Origin: Paraphysomonas bandaiensis
Taxonomy: Eukaryota; Protista; Chrysophyceae
Direction: 5' to 3'
Assembly (NCBI GenBank): GCA_965644295.1
Contig: CBFFRP010000347.1
Location: 1 to 22,151 of the forward strand
Length of the DNA: 22,151 nt
Of this stretch, positions 1 through 11,766 are shown piece after piece. The notes under the pieces were generated by a model. That model saw nothing but the letters and a program-made list of their open reading frames with translations, was not told where the DNA came from and ran no database searches. Each line of letters starts with the position of its first letter. Positions within the stretch are counted from its first letter, which is position 1. The position numbers and the translations under genes are program-made.

Positions 1-15
1 AATGACAATGCTACA

Positions 16-167
16 TTAGTTTTGACTCTTTCACGCCTATTGCTATAATCAGACATTCACTACTACCTACTACTATAGTAGGATATCAGAGTTAAGCACT
101 AGCTCGTTCAATTGCGATAGTAAGTTAGTTCTGACTCTTAAACGCCTATTGGTAATAATCAGATATT
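16..167. repeat. Degenerate ~43-bp direct repeat pair (16-57 and 125-167; also 2083-2234)
   Basis: ttagttttgactctttcacgcctattgct-ataatcagacatt vs ttagttctgactcttaaacgcctattggtaataatcagatatt: 5 mismatches and 1 gap. Confidence 0.8.
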
Positions 168-705
168 AGACATCGCCACTAATTCCTACACAAACCCAAT
201 GAGTACATCTTATTCTCTTTTATATATTGTTCTATTATAGAACTATGATGTAAGTCGCTAAAGCCGCTAGCTTTTATGTTGTTTACAACTTAATATTAAT
301 TCTTATATATAGTTTACAATGACACTACTTGGAGAAGCCTAACAATGATATCAACGACTTGAGCAGAAAATTGGCAATTGTTGTGGCAGTAGATGTGTAG
401 TAAGCACGGCTTAACAGGTTTAATCAAGCTGCCTGTAATACATTTCTGAGGAAAGTTTCATAAATTTTCTTTACCATTGGCCACTTAACTTGTTGTACGT
501 AGTATCTCATTATCTCTCATTTGTAGTACTTTCTAACAGTATTGAGATAGACTAATATTGTTGGAAAATATTGTTGATAGGCGTCTATATTGCTGACATA
601 TATCACATTGTTTATTCATACAATAGATTGGCCCAAACTCTATAAACTTGCAGGAGGTTTTCTGACAGTTACTATACAGTATTACATATGGCAATGAAAA
701 TTCCG

Positions 706-1744
706 TCAGTGACCATTATATTTTTTCATTGACATCATAAACAACTCATGCAACCCTGCGTTTTTGCACAGTCCTGCAATCTCCGACATGCCGCCATCAC
801 ATTCGCGGAACTCAACCGGAAACTTTCTATTCAAATCTACACATGGACAAGAACTACTCTCAATTTCCTCAATATCCTCTCCACGTACAACCATTTGTTT
901 CCATCGAAGACGTTGCACCCGCCGGACATACTCCAGTACACAATCTTGTCGGCCTTCCACAATGACAATACCTAACACGCTTAATTTTAGAATCACTGAG
1001 TCGAGAATAACTCATGTGTACTCAATCTTCTACTACTCCAGCTACATTCGACCATCCCACACAAAATAAATTAAATTTACGCTACCTGGATACCCTGGTT
1101 TGCTATATCCGCCGAGTTTTAAGTCACGAGCCCACTCCACAAGATGCTGGCGTTTGGAAGTGCTGGTTCAATAGTGTTAAATATTGCCAAGCATTCAGTA
1201 CCTAACCTCATGATATGGTGAAAGTAAATGAGGAAGCGCGCAATACGAGGTGGGTGATCGTATTTAGGAGCTACCATAAAGCACGCGTTAAGGAAATTCA
1301 CGAAGAAACAAGTACCATACGCGAAATTTCATTGCTAGTATTCCTATCAAACTTCAATTGCAATTCGGCTAAGTAGTCCATTGCGCTTTGACAAAGAAAC
1401 ATAGCTCCTGGGTGTTATTAAAGTTAGCTCTAAGATTAACAGTAGTATAGTGCATAGATCACACCTGTATCTGGACAATCGTTTATTAGACTTTGCATGT
1501 GCTCTCTGATTTCTAGTTTTAGAGAGTGTGTCAAGTTACCATCAAGTTGGAAGCGGATAGGAATATCAGGAAATTGAGGTGGAATACTAAACCGTAGTTT
1601 CAGGTCAATAGAATGGTCAATCGTTATATCAAATACAGCATCTTTGTCGTGTAGAGGAGGATCAATCAGTCGAAATGATTCACCATAGGCCGCTTCCATA
1701 ATCTCAATTTCCGCATCACGAGCATTAAAGCAGTCAATAGCCAT
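706..1744 (-). CDS. RWDD2: RWD domain + DUF1115 protein (RWDD2A/B-like), 5 exons, 257 aa; copy A
   Basis: Hand-spliced exons 1744-1465, 1407-1321, 1270-1207, 1162-1086, 971-706; all GT-AG with consistent phases (774 nt). RWD-like EIEIMEAAYG and PPQFP; DUF1115-like RFLIYFHHIMS..KR, WARDLKLGGYSKPGYPGIVIVEG, VRRVQRLRWKQM. ATG is at 1744 (the track's 1756 start is TTG). Confidence 0.9.
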
Positions 1745-2058
1745 TGAACTAGTCAAAATAACACTGAGATATCAAAGCAAAAGACATATACAGTACATTG
1801 ATGCATGATGGAGATGGACCAAATCAACAATTTTCCCTGAAACTAGCTGAGGTGGTCTAAATATCAGCATGTTTGGAAGCAAAAAGATTGAGAATTGTGC
1901 TCAAGAAAATGGCATACCACATACTAGGAATTCCTACAGCTGTAGACTGCGGATCTTGCTTTGTGTTTTTTTGGAGAGACAAAACCACTGCTGAAAAATA
2001 GCGTATAAAAACTGCACTTGTTCTAGTTCGCTCGCTCAGATCAGATGATGCCACCACT

Positions 2059-4125
2059 AGTTAGTTAAATGACAATGCTACATTAGTTTTGACTCTTTCA
2101 CGCCTATTGCTATAATCAGACATTCACTACTACCTACTACTATAGTAGGATATCAGAGTTAAGCACTAGCTCGTTCAATTGCGATAGTAAGTTAGTTCTG
2201 ACTCTTAAACGCCTATTGGTAATAATCAGATATTAGACATCGCCACTAATTCCTACACAAACCCAATGAGTACATCTTATTCTCTTTTATATATTGTTCT
2301 ATTATAGAACTATGATGTAAGTCGCTAAAGCCGCTAGCTTTTATGTTGTTTACAACTTAATATTAATTCTTATATATAGTTTACAATGACACTACTTGGA
2401 GAAGCCTAACAATGATATCAACGACTTGAGCAGAAAATTGGCAATTGTTGTGGCAGTAGATGTGTAGTAAGCACGGCTTAACAGGTTTAATCAAGCTGCC
2501 TGTAATACATTTCTGAGGAAAGTTTCATAAATTTTCTTTACCATTGGCCACTTAACTTGTTGTACGTAGTATCTCATTATCTCTCATTTGTAGTACTTTC
2601 TAACAGTATTGAGATAGACTAATATTGTTGGAAAATATTGTTGATAGGCGTCTATATTGCTGACATATATCACATTGTTTATTCATACAATAGATTGGCC
2701 CAAACTCTATAAACTTGCAGGAGGTTTTCTGACAGTTACTATACAGTATTACATATGGCAATGAAAATTCCGTCAGTGACCATTATATTTTTTCATTGAC
2801 ATCATAAACAACTCATGCAACCCTGCGTTTTTGCACAGTCCTGCAATCTCCGACATGCCGCCATCACATTCGCGGAACTCAACCGGAAACTTTCTATTCA
2901 AATCTACACATGGACAAGAACTACTCTCAATTTCCTCAATATCCTCTCCACGTACAACCATTTGTTTCCATCGAAGACGTTGCACCCGCCGGACATACTC
3001 CAGTACACAATCTTGTCGGCCTTCCACAATGACAATACCTAACACGCTTAATTTTAGAATCACTGAGTCGAGAATAACTCATGTGTACTCAATCTTCTAC
3101 TACTCCAGCTACATTCGACCATCCCACACAAAATAAATTAAATTTACGCTACCTGGATACCCTGGTTTGCTATATCCGCCGAGTTTTAAGTCACGAGCCC
3201 ACTCCACAAGATGCTGGCGTTTGGAAGTGCTGGTTCAATAGTGTTAAATATTGCCAAGCATTCAGTACCTAACCTCATGATATGGTGAAAGTAAATGAGG
3301 AAGCGCGCAATACGAGGTGGGTGATCGTATTTAGGAGCTACCATAAAGCACGCGTTAAGGAAATTCACGAAGAAACAAGTACCATACGCGAAATTTCATT
3401 GCTAGTATTCCTATCAAACTTCAATTGCAATTCGGCTAAGTAGTCCATTGCGCTTTGACAAAGAAACATAGCTCCTGGGTGTTATTAAAGTTAGCTCTAA
3501 GATTAACAGTAGTATAGTGCATAGATCACACCTGTATCTGGACAATCGTTTATTAGACTTTGCATGTGCTCTCTGATTTCTAGTTTTAGAGAGTGTGTCA
3601 AGTTACCATCAAGTTGGAAGCGGATAGGAATATCAGGAAATTGAGGTGGAATACTAAACCGTAGTTTCAGGTCAATAGAATGGTCAATCGTTATATCAAA
3701 TACAGCATCTTTGTCGTGTAGAGGAGGATCAATCAGTCGAAATGATTCACCATAGGCCGCTTCCATAATCTCAATTTCCGCATCACGAGCATTAAAGCAG
3801 TCAATAGCCATTGAACTAGTCAAAATAACACTGAGATATCAAAGCAAAAGACATATACAGTACATTGATGCATGATGGAGATGGACCAAATCAACAATTT
3901 TCCCTGAAACTAGCTGAGGTGGTCTAAATATCAGCATGTTTGGAAGCAAAAAGATTGAGAATTGTGCTCAAGAAAATGGCATACCACATACTAGGAATTC
4001 CTACAGCTGTAGACTGCGGATCTTGCTTTGTGTTTTTTTGGAGAGACAAAACCACTGCTGAAAAATAGCGTATAAAAACTGCACTTGTTCTAGTTCGCTC
4101 GCTCAGATCAGATGATGCCACCACT
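2059..4125. repeat. Tandem duplication 1, copy B
   Basis: Junction ccaccact|agttagttaaatgac at 2058/2059; unique sequence (ctacatgtatcc) resumes at 4126. Confidence 0.97.
2773..3811 (-). CDS. RWDD2: RWD domain + DUF1115 protein (RWDD2A/B-like), 5 exons, 257 aa; copy B
   Basis: Same as 706-1744 shifted by +2067 (exons 3811-3532, 3474-3388, 3337-3274, 3229-3153, 3038-2773). Confidence 0.9.
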
Positions 4126-4218
4126 CTACATGTATCCATGAGGTGAGTGCATGAGGACATGAGTACATGAGGACATGGATGCATGGAGTTTACTGAGCTG
4201 TGAGGACGGCATTTAGAA

Positions 4219-5619
4219 ATGCAGTTCTATATGCAGATCGGGTGGTTTTATTTCTATTTGGGTTTTATGTTTGGAAATTGGATAGCACGTATACCGGATG
4301 TCCAAGTTAAGAACAACCTATCAAACACTATGCTTGGTGTTGTTTTTTTATCTGGGGCTGTTGGGGCTATCATGTCTCTTCCTGTTGTTTCGAAATTGAA
4401 TGAGAAAATCGGTAGTGCGCATAGTGTGCTGATTGGAACTGTTTTGCTGGCAATCTCCTCTCCCTCCCTGGGTATCAGTAAATATCACATCATTACATTG
4501 ATTCCCACCATGCTTTGTGTTGGTTTCTGCATGGCTATTATAGATGTCTCAATGACAGGACAGGCGTCGCTGGCAGAGAAGCGGCAAAATGACAGTCAAA
4601 TGGGCTTATATGGTGCAGTAAATGCGTTAGGCAATGTAGCTGGGGTTTTATTTGGAGGAGTGCTGGCCTATTATGGATTTTCTTCCTTCTTGCACTTCTG
4701 TATTGTGTCTGCTATATGCATGCCACTTTCAGTCGTATGTTATTGTTGGTTGTTTTCTCAGAAAGAGGAAAATTATCTGTTATATAATAGCGAAGATATG
4801 AGCTCATCCAACGCCTCCAATATTACTCCTTTCATGACTACAGATGTCAGCACAGATAATAGCTGTGCTCACAGCCCACTCCTGTCTGATAGCAACTCGG
4901 ATATTAAATCGAACTCTACAGGTAGCGAGGCAAGTAGCTACATTTCCTACCTCTGTGTGATTGGATTTCTTGCTCAAATTAGCATCGGAATAATATCGGA
5001 ATGGTCGACAGTGTACTTCAAAGACACGCTAAGTGCTTCACCTTTCCTATGTACAATCGGATTTGCTTTTTTTTCGTTTGCTGTAGCGATTGGAAACTAT
5101 GTATCGGGTTATATTTCTATGAGATATTCTCGCTGGTTTTTGATAAAAACCTCTGGGCTGATTAGTGCCACTGGTATGTTTGTTGTGATTGCGGCAGTTC
5201 GTCTCCGGTGTTCCGTTTTCGTAGCTAGTTCCGGCATGATTATCGTTGGTGCAGCAATTAGTTGTATCCAGCCAATTGTGGCCTCAGCGGCAGGAGACAT
5301 TCCTCATATTCGACCGTCTGATGCTATAGCCCTCATCAATAGTGTATCATACATCGGATACCTAGTTGGTCCACCTTTTATTGGGGCCATGTCAGACCTT
5401 TTACATGGATTAAAGTTTGCATTTTTTTTTGTTGTGGGGTTTATGGCGTTAATATTTCTCGTCCCTGGTCGTGTTCCTCCCAGTAAGTATAATAGGATTC
5501 TAAAGTCAACAGAGAGTAATGCCATATCCATCTATAACCAAAGATCTACTGAAGATGCCCGTATTTCGTCAGCTCTCATAGCCGACAATTTAGAGCGACG
5601 AAGCTATCCGGCTTTCTGA
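4219..5619 (+). CDS. Major facilitator superfamily transporter, YbjJ-like, intronless, 466 aa
   Basis: About 12 hydrophobic segments in two halves separated by a Ser-rich hydrophilic loop. N-terminal WIARIPDVQ..LS...LG, D V.M..QA..E, EWS..YF and GYLVGPPFIG motifs resemble the YbjJ/MFS_1 group. Confidence 0.88.
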   Translation: MQFYMQIGWFYFYLGFMFGNWIARIPDVQVKNNLSNTMLGVVFLSGAVGAIMSLPVVSKLNEKIGSAHSVLIGTVLLAISSPSLGISKYHIITLIPTMLCVGFCMAIIDVSMTGQASLAEKRQNDSQMGLYGAVNALGNVAGVLFGGVLAYYGFSSFLHFCIVSAICMPLSVVCYCWLFSQKEENYLLYNSEDMSSSNASNITPFMTTDVSTDNSCAHSPLLSDSNSDIKSNSTGSEASSYISYLCVIGFLAQISIGIISEWSTVYFKDTLSASPFLCTIGFAFFSFAVAIGNYVSGYISMRYSRWFLIKTSGLISATGMFVVIAAVRLRCSVFVASSGMIIVGAAISCIQPIVASAAGDIPHIRPSDAIALINSVSYIGYLVGPPFIGAMSDLLHGLKFAFFFVVGFMALIFLVPGRVPPSKYNRILKSTESNAISIYNQRSTEDARISSALIADNLERRSYPAF

Positions 5620-6424
5620 GATTGAATTATAATTACAACCGTGGGAGAGTTGTGCTATATGCTTTTTTGTGTTCACATATTTGAAGTATATTTTCCGTCA
5701 GGGCTATTGTATGATATATTTTTCTTTTCGACGAGGGTTATCTGTTGTGTTGGTAGCAAAGCTTTGGTAGATTTGTGCCTTTTCTATGGTAGTTTTATAC
5801 TATTATAGTCAATAATATAATCTAGTAATTAATTACTGGCAAATGTGTTTGTATAGTTCTGATTTACTTTATACAGTTTTGTTGCGACTTCGATTGATCG
5901 AATGATACGGCAAGTAAAAATTTCGCCGAGATTAAAGTTAATTGTGTTTTTTGTCCATATAAATGAACTAATTAGTCTCCCAGAGGGCTCTACGATATCG
6001 CTTGGAACATCAGGTTGCTATGGCAGGTTTCTAGATCGCAGAGATATTAGAAAATTCCCTCTCCAGATACTCACATTGAACACTTTGAAATACTACCATA
6101 GGTTTGAAATAGATCTGTAAACAGAGGAAATATGTCCGCTATCGAATTGGAATAGTATGATGTTCACGTGACTAGATGATGATTGATTGTTCCTACAAAA
6201 GATACACCTGTTGCCTACAACAACTCATGGAATGTACTGATGATTCGTCTGTTTAAGAACGACAGAGAAGTACAACACAAAATTATAGACGGTAAGATCA
6301 ATACTTTAAACGAAAACACTTTCCTTTGGAAAAACCGAGAAGAATGTAAATTTATAATTTGTCACAAGAAGGTACATAGCAAGCAACGATTTTGATATTA
6401 GACTCTAATACATGTCCTATGATA

Positions 6425-9400
6425 TTACAGCATGGTTCGCTGTTTCTTAAACTTCTCTTGTTCTTGCTCAAACGATTCGTCATGTAGTTGTGTCTTTGGC
6501 TGTGTGGAAGCATAAGCCGATCCGAAAAAAATTGGATCTTTCTTGGCAATGTCATCGAGCTTTAGTAGAGCCTCACGCGGATCTTCTCTGTGCGACATGT
6601 CCGCTTTGCGACCCTCCATCACATACTGGGTAAAAAAGAAAGAAGTGTTCTCCGCTTGCTTTGTAGCACCTGCACCAGTTCTCTCTGGTATCTTGGATAT
6701 CACAGGGTCCCTGCGAATTGCCGCCTTGCGTATACGAGCCTCAGAAGCATTTTCCTCCTGCATGTAGTGTTATATTTCGGTAGGCTGGGATATAAAAACT
6801 TATCAAATGTTTTTTACTGCGCAGTTTGCGTAACAAGATATATGGGACATCAGGAGTACAAAAAATGAGGTAACATGGCTGAGCACCTTGTACATAGGCA
6901 ACGCATTCGGGTTATATATCTCCCCAACAGCAGCGTAATCAGAGGGGTCTTTTAGTCTCTTAGGATTCCGTCCAGCTGTCAGCACTGCCCCCTTTTGAGA
7001 CAAGCGTGGGTCAAAAAATACTCTCGTCTTGCCGTTGGACGTACTGCATGCATATTGTTATATAGGTTACGCAGCGAAATTTCGTATTGTACAACACAAA
7101 CAACATATAGTCTAGCCCTTTCCCAACTGAACTCAGAACAAAATATGACAAGGCACAGACATGTACAAAGCAAGAGAAAAGTAGGATCTGAGTTGTACCT
7201 GCAAAATATCTGGTTGGTTTTGGGCTGCCATTTCACACAGATCGCACTACTCTCACTACTGACCCCTATTCCTAGACAAGGACTCTGCTCTTTAGTATTC
7301 TTTGTCGAAATTACTTCACGAATATCATAGAAATAGAGCATGGATTTCTCCTCCACATCAGCTGACTTGCCAGTGAGTGATGTACAGCAACATAAGAAGG
7401 TGCCATCTGGACTACCTCAAAAAAAATAAGTATCGCAAAAAGAAGAAGTTCGGGAGTTATGCAGACAGAGTATATGCACAATTGGGTGAACATATAGCAT
7501 TCAAGGAAACATAAAATTGTGTAATGACATGGCTATCATTGCTACCTGAACTCCACATTCGCTGTGGGGTATACATTCTCGACCCGTGTGTACGATCTCA
7601 GAGGAACTTTCGGTGACAGTAAATTCCAGAGTCTGAGGGTACCATCCTCTCCTCTAGATGCTAAAAGATTACTCATACTAGATAGAGGAGATGGTTTGAC
7701 AGAAATGACAGAGCTCTCTGGTTCATACACATTCGCATGCTGAATCACGATATCTGCCCTGCTATAGTGTTTTCTGGTGTTCCATATATGAATAGTTCCA
7801 TCAGTTGCCCCTCCAATCATTTTACTTCCTGCTCACACATACAGATAGCATGAGTATAGATCTGCTGTCTACAAGTGGAGCACATGATAGACAGATCACT
7901 GCACATAATTGAACTGCGAAGGAGTAGCACAGTGTTTTAATGTCGTGCTAAGCAGTTAAGAAATACTAGAATTTAATACATGTAGTTTCAACTTACCATC
8001 TCTGTTAAAACTACAGCAAGTGGCGCCCACACGCGTCTGTCCAGTTTTCCCCCTTATTTTGAGCACATGCTTGTTCATTAGGTTCCCAAAGTTGGCTTCA
8101 CCTCTGAGATCCCACAACCTCAATGCCCCCTCCAGACCTGATGACAAAATGATATTCTTGTCCTCGGGATGCCACTCGACTCCAGTGACTTCCATGGTGT
8201 GGCCCTGAATACGTACCAACCATGTTAGCTACTTTCAAAACACATTTCTCACAATATCACTGTACAGCGCAACACAACCCTACCTTCGTATTGGAGAGGT
8301 CTCTCAGATACATATCTCCTCGGCAAAATGTAATCACTTCTTCTCCATCTCGGGTGTATACCTTAGGCTGACAGGAGCCTGTACATACAACAAATCTGTC
8401 TCCCGACGGACTGTGACTAACACCCTGTACAGGATGACCTTCCTCCACCTCGACTGTTTTAAATGACAGATGACGCCTATTATACCAGATCACATATACC
8501 ATTGCATAACAACACAATAAATGATTATCGGGTATACATGTGCGTTTAAAACATACCTATCCATTCCACCGAAGTCATAAAATTTGATATTGTAGTCCAA
8601 CGACCCCGTAACAACTCTATTGCCGGAGTGTTCTAAAGACAAACATACCACTGCCTTGCTATGCCCAGTCAGGTCCACCTGATGAGAAAGAGGAATTTTC
8701 CGAGAAAGAGCAAATGATTCTACATCCCCGGCAGGAGTGTGATCAATAGGCTGTACAACAGGGGCTGGGTTAGCAGCATCGGATGATGGTGCAGAACCCG
8801 GACTGTCGTCATCACTACTGCTCTCATCATCCTCATTGTCAAGCTCTATGCTATCCACAGGTAACTCGACTGTTGCACCATCTGCTTCAGCCTCAGCTGT
8901 CTGCAATATACAGTGTCAATTCATATTCATCCGATACAAAAACTACATACACTCTTACAGCATGAGGGCTGCACCTACCTGTGCATCGACAAGTGACGCG
9001 GCCGACAACTTCGTACTAGATTTGAAAATAGGTACTGTTGACGACATCTCCTGTGCGTAAGCAGCAATCTCTGCCTGTCTTAGTTTTCTCTGTTCTTCTA
9101 CTGCTACTGATTCTGTGACAATACTTTCAGCTTTAGTATTGGAAACTGTGCTGCCTTCCATTGACACTGGGGTGTCATTGCAAAACACAGGGACTTCCGG
9201 GCGACTCGGTTTGACAGATAATACGTATCGTCGAGAGCTTTGACCAAAGCGAATTTCAGAATTACATGCTACAAGGACGGGCTTGCTGTGTTCAATCTTC
9301 CTCCCATCAACACTGGTGCCGTGAGAGGAGCCCAAGTCCATAAGATAAACGCTCCCTTGTTCTCCAAAAAATAACACAGCATGCTTGCGGGATATACTCT

Positions 9401-9578
9401 GATGATCCAATACAACATCACACTGGTCTTTCTTCCTCCCAAACACTATGCATTCTTTGTTGCTTAAACTAATGTCTCCGATGTTCGCGTTATTCTTATG
9501 CACTGTCAGAACTTTATTGCAATAACAGCTCGAGGGCTGCCTCCAGTCAGGCAGCTTATCCAGTATTGACGCATCCAT
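6425..9578 (-). CDS. WDR70: FHA domain-WDR70-like WD40 repeat protein, 8 exons, 776 aa
   Basis: Hand-spliced exons 9578-8979, 8900-8557, 8476-8284, 8204-7997, 7828-7546, 7411-7199, 7043-6887, 6757-6425; all GT-AG with consistent phases (2331 nt). FHA motifs FGR, SISRKHA, DLGSSHGT. WDR70 motifs YDFGGMD, RGDMYLRDLSNTKGH, PNALPMYK, DPREALLK, AYASTQPK. First in-frame ATG is at 9578 (the track's 9641 start is GTG). Confidence 0.88.
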
Positions 9579-9989
9579 TATATATAAGTCGGGTATTCTT
9601 TCTGGTGCTGCTCTTACTCTTTGCGAAACATAACCAGCCACAGGACTGACATCATCTCATGACAGCAACTACGAAATAAAATAGAAGTGAAGTATGAAGT
9701 ATACCATACCACCATACCCATGATGGGCATACACAAGCTCAGGCACGACAATACAGAAGAAATACAATACACAGCACACAGCACAGCAGTATAGTACGTA
9801 CAGCAGTGGTGTATGTGTGATATTACGAGATACACTGTATACCAGTATACCGTATACCTTATATATATTGGGCACTGAACCTCATTCAATGCTGCAAGTA
9901 GAACGACTGTGCTTTTCACCACTGCTGTTGATGTTCGTGTCTTCATGCATTCCACTTAATTTCCTCTAAACGTAAACGTACGAAGGCAT
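9579..9989. promoter_or_regulatory. Short head-to-head intergenic region, probable bidirectional promoter (second copy 15528-15938)
   Basis: 411 bp between the divergent ATGs of FHA-WDR70 and the dioxygenase. Inferred from geometry only. Confidence 0.5.
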
Positions 9990-11084
9990 ATGATTCTTAA
10001 AAGGATATATAGAAAAATCACTTTCTTCTTTGTATTTTCTTTCTCTGTGGGACTCTATGCAGCAGATCCGCATGCAGTTCCGATAATAGACATCCACTCC
10101 CTGCTGCAAAGCGACTCTAAACCCTCGGACTGGCAGGCCACAATGCACAGCATTGATGTTGCACTGAGATCTTATGGCTTTTTTCTTGTGACTGGTCATG
10201 ATTTTTCAAAGAGTAGCATTGACGAGGCGATGCAGGCAGCATATACTCTATTTGATATCGATATCGAAAAGAAAATGTCTGTTGAGGCCACAGGGGGAGG
10301 CTTCATGAGGGGATATATAGGGTTAGGGAAAGAAAGTGGACTTGAAAGTTACTACGAGCCGAAAGAAGGATACAGCTATGGATATTCATGGCCGAATAGG
10401 TCTCAATGCAGCTTCGGAAACATGTTACAAGGCCACAACAAATGGCCAGAAGGTTACAGTTCCCAGAATGAGCAACTACTACAAGATGTGTTCACCTATA
10501 GTAATAAAATTGCTGAATACATTGTATCTGGTATTTCCCAATACTTTGAGCGTGAATTTGGTCAGTCAATGAGCCTCGTATTAGATGATGGAGATACAAT
10601 CTCTATAATGCGACTTTTTCACTACTTTTCTACCGATACAGCTTTTCAAGGGAACTTGGTTAATGGAAAAAGAGTTATAGGAAGCTCTCCGCACACGGAC
10701 TGGGGTCTACTTACGGTAATTCTTCAGGAGGAAGATGTGGGTGGTCTTCAAGTACTTCATGAGGGGACGTGGATTGACATACCCTCAGTATCGGGATCTC
10801 TTGTAGTTAATGGTGGAGATTTTCTTCAAATTGCATCCCAGGGGCGGTACAAGAGCCCAATCCATCGCGTATTGAGCCCTGTAAACAAGGAGCGTATGTC
10901 GTTCGTGTATTTCTACTACCCCAACTACTACACTCCTTTCAATACACAGCAACTCTGCAGAGAGGGGAATTCGGAAGAGTACAACACACTGACCGTCAGT
11001 AACTGTCGTGAAGGAGACGAAAAGAGAGTTTTTGGAGACTATATCCTGCATAAATGGAAAGGAGTATTTCGTGATCAGGTGTAG
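9990..11084 (+). CDS. 2-oxoglutarate/Fe(II)-dependent dioxygenase (IPNS/DIOX_N family), intronless, 364 aa; copy 1
   Basis: VPIIDI, YGFFLVTGH (DIOX_N); HTD (HxD), distal H in PIHRV, RMS (RxS), GGLQV, LVVNGGDFLQ. Hydrophobic N-terminus resembles a signal peptide. Confidence 0.92.
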   Translation: MILKRIYRKITFFFVFSFSVGLYAADPHAVPIIDIHSLLQSDSKPSDWQATMHSIDVALRSYGFFLVTGHDFSKSSIDEAMQAAYTLFDIDIEKKMSVEATGGGFMRGYIGLGKESGLESYYEPKEGYSYGYSWPNRSQCSFGNMLQGHNKWPEGYSSQNEQLLQDVFTYSNKIAEYIVSGISQYFEREFGQSMSLVLDDGDTISIMRLFHYFSTDTAFQGNLVNGKRVIGSSPHTDWGLLTVILQEEDVGGLQVLHEGTWIDIPSVSGSLVVNGGDFLQIASQGRYKSPIHRVLSPVNKERMSFVYFYYPNYYTPFNTQQLCREGNSEEYNTLTVSNCREGDEKRVFGDYILHKWKGVFRDQV

Positions 11085-11766
11085 CTAAATGTATGTATAC
11101 CGTATTAAGCGGAATTTGAACATATCCCTTGAACAATTAGAAATTCGAAAGTTATTTATATCCTTAATTATAATTTATGATCGCGTTTAGAGAATAATGG
11201 AACCTCCTTGGAGCAATACAATACTAGGAAGTATATATTTTCGTAAATACTTTCCCTAATGTCTACTATTGAGCTATGCAGTATGATATATATTATACTC
11301 TTTAGCTATTGAAGATTGAAGTGAGTAAATAGCGTGCAATAGGTGAAACCAACCCATTGTAGTAAAGGGTGAATGCTGTTACAAAGTAAAAACTTCAGTT
11401 GCCGATGCATATATATATAACATTGTCTTCACTCATACTGTCTTCACATGAACAGGACTCCTCCTCCCTGGAGCTGCAGAATTAACTCTGGCATCCTACT
11501 ATTTTGCGTGTGCGTCACCACAAGTACCAAGATGAAACCACTTTCGCTCTCTGTTCTTAAGGTGAACTGGCCCGGATGCTTGACTTCAGTAGGCAACCCA
11601 ATACCTCGGATGCCCTTAAGGTGGGCCCATTCCGGATGTCTGTTTATTCGTCAAAACTCATAGACGTCTATACAAGTGACACTTATTAGTGCCCCTCTTG
11701 TACCAAACAAGCATCTAAATAAGATTTAAGGTTAGTTTTGATATTTAGTAAGGATATACTTGATAT

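Larger units (their letters stand above)
1..2058. repeat. Tandem duplication 1, copy A (period 2067 bp; left end runs off the window)
   Basis: Base 1 (aatgacaatgctac) recurs at 2068; the match runs to ...gatgatgccaccact at 2058 / 4125; fully internal ORF translations are identical at +2067. Confidence 0.97.

Noticed and set aside
748-1205. Plus-strand ORFs overlapping RWDD2, and similar antisense ORFs over WDR70, MFS and the dioxygenase
   Set aside because: Shadow frames of genuine genes with no recognisable motifs.
4126-4190. catgaggacatg-type short repeats upstream of the MFS gene as a CRISPR or regulatory array
   Set aside because: A few irregular low-complexity units without spacers.
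5902-6395. Two short plus-strand ORFs as a gene or hAT transposase relic
   Set aside because: Only a vague resemblance to the D..TRWNS motif; short, stop-interrupted and unsupported.
7859-7897. Intronic hairpin (gatctg..tcta / taga..cagatc) as a snoRNA or miRNA
   Set aside because: Short imperfect stem; no convincing C/D or H/ACA boxes.
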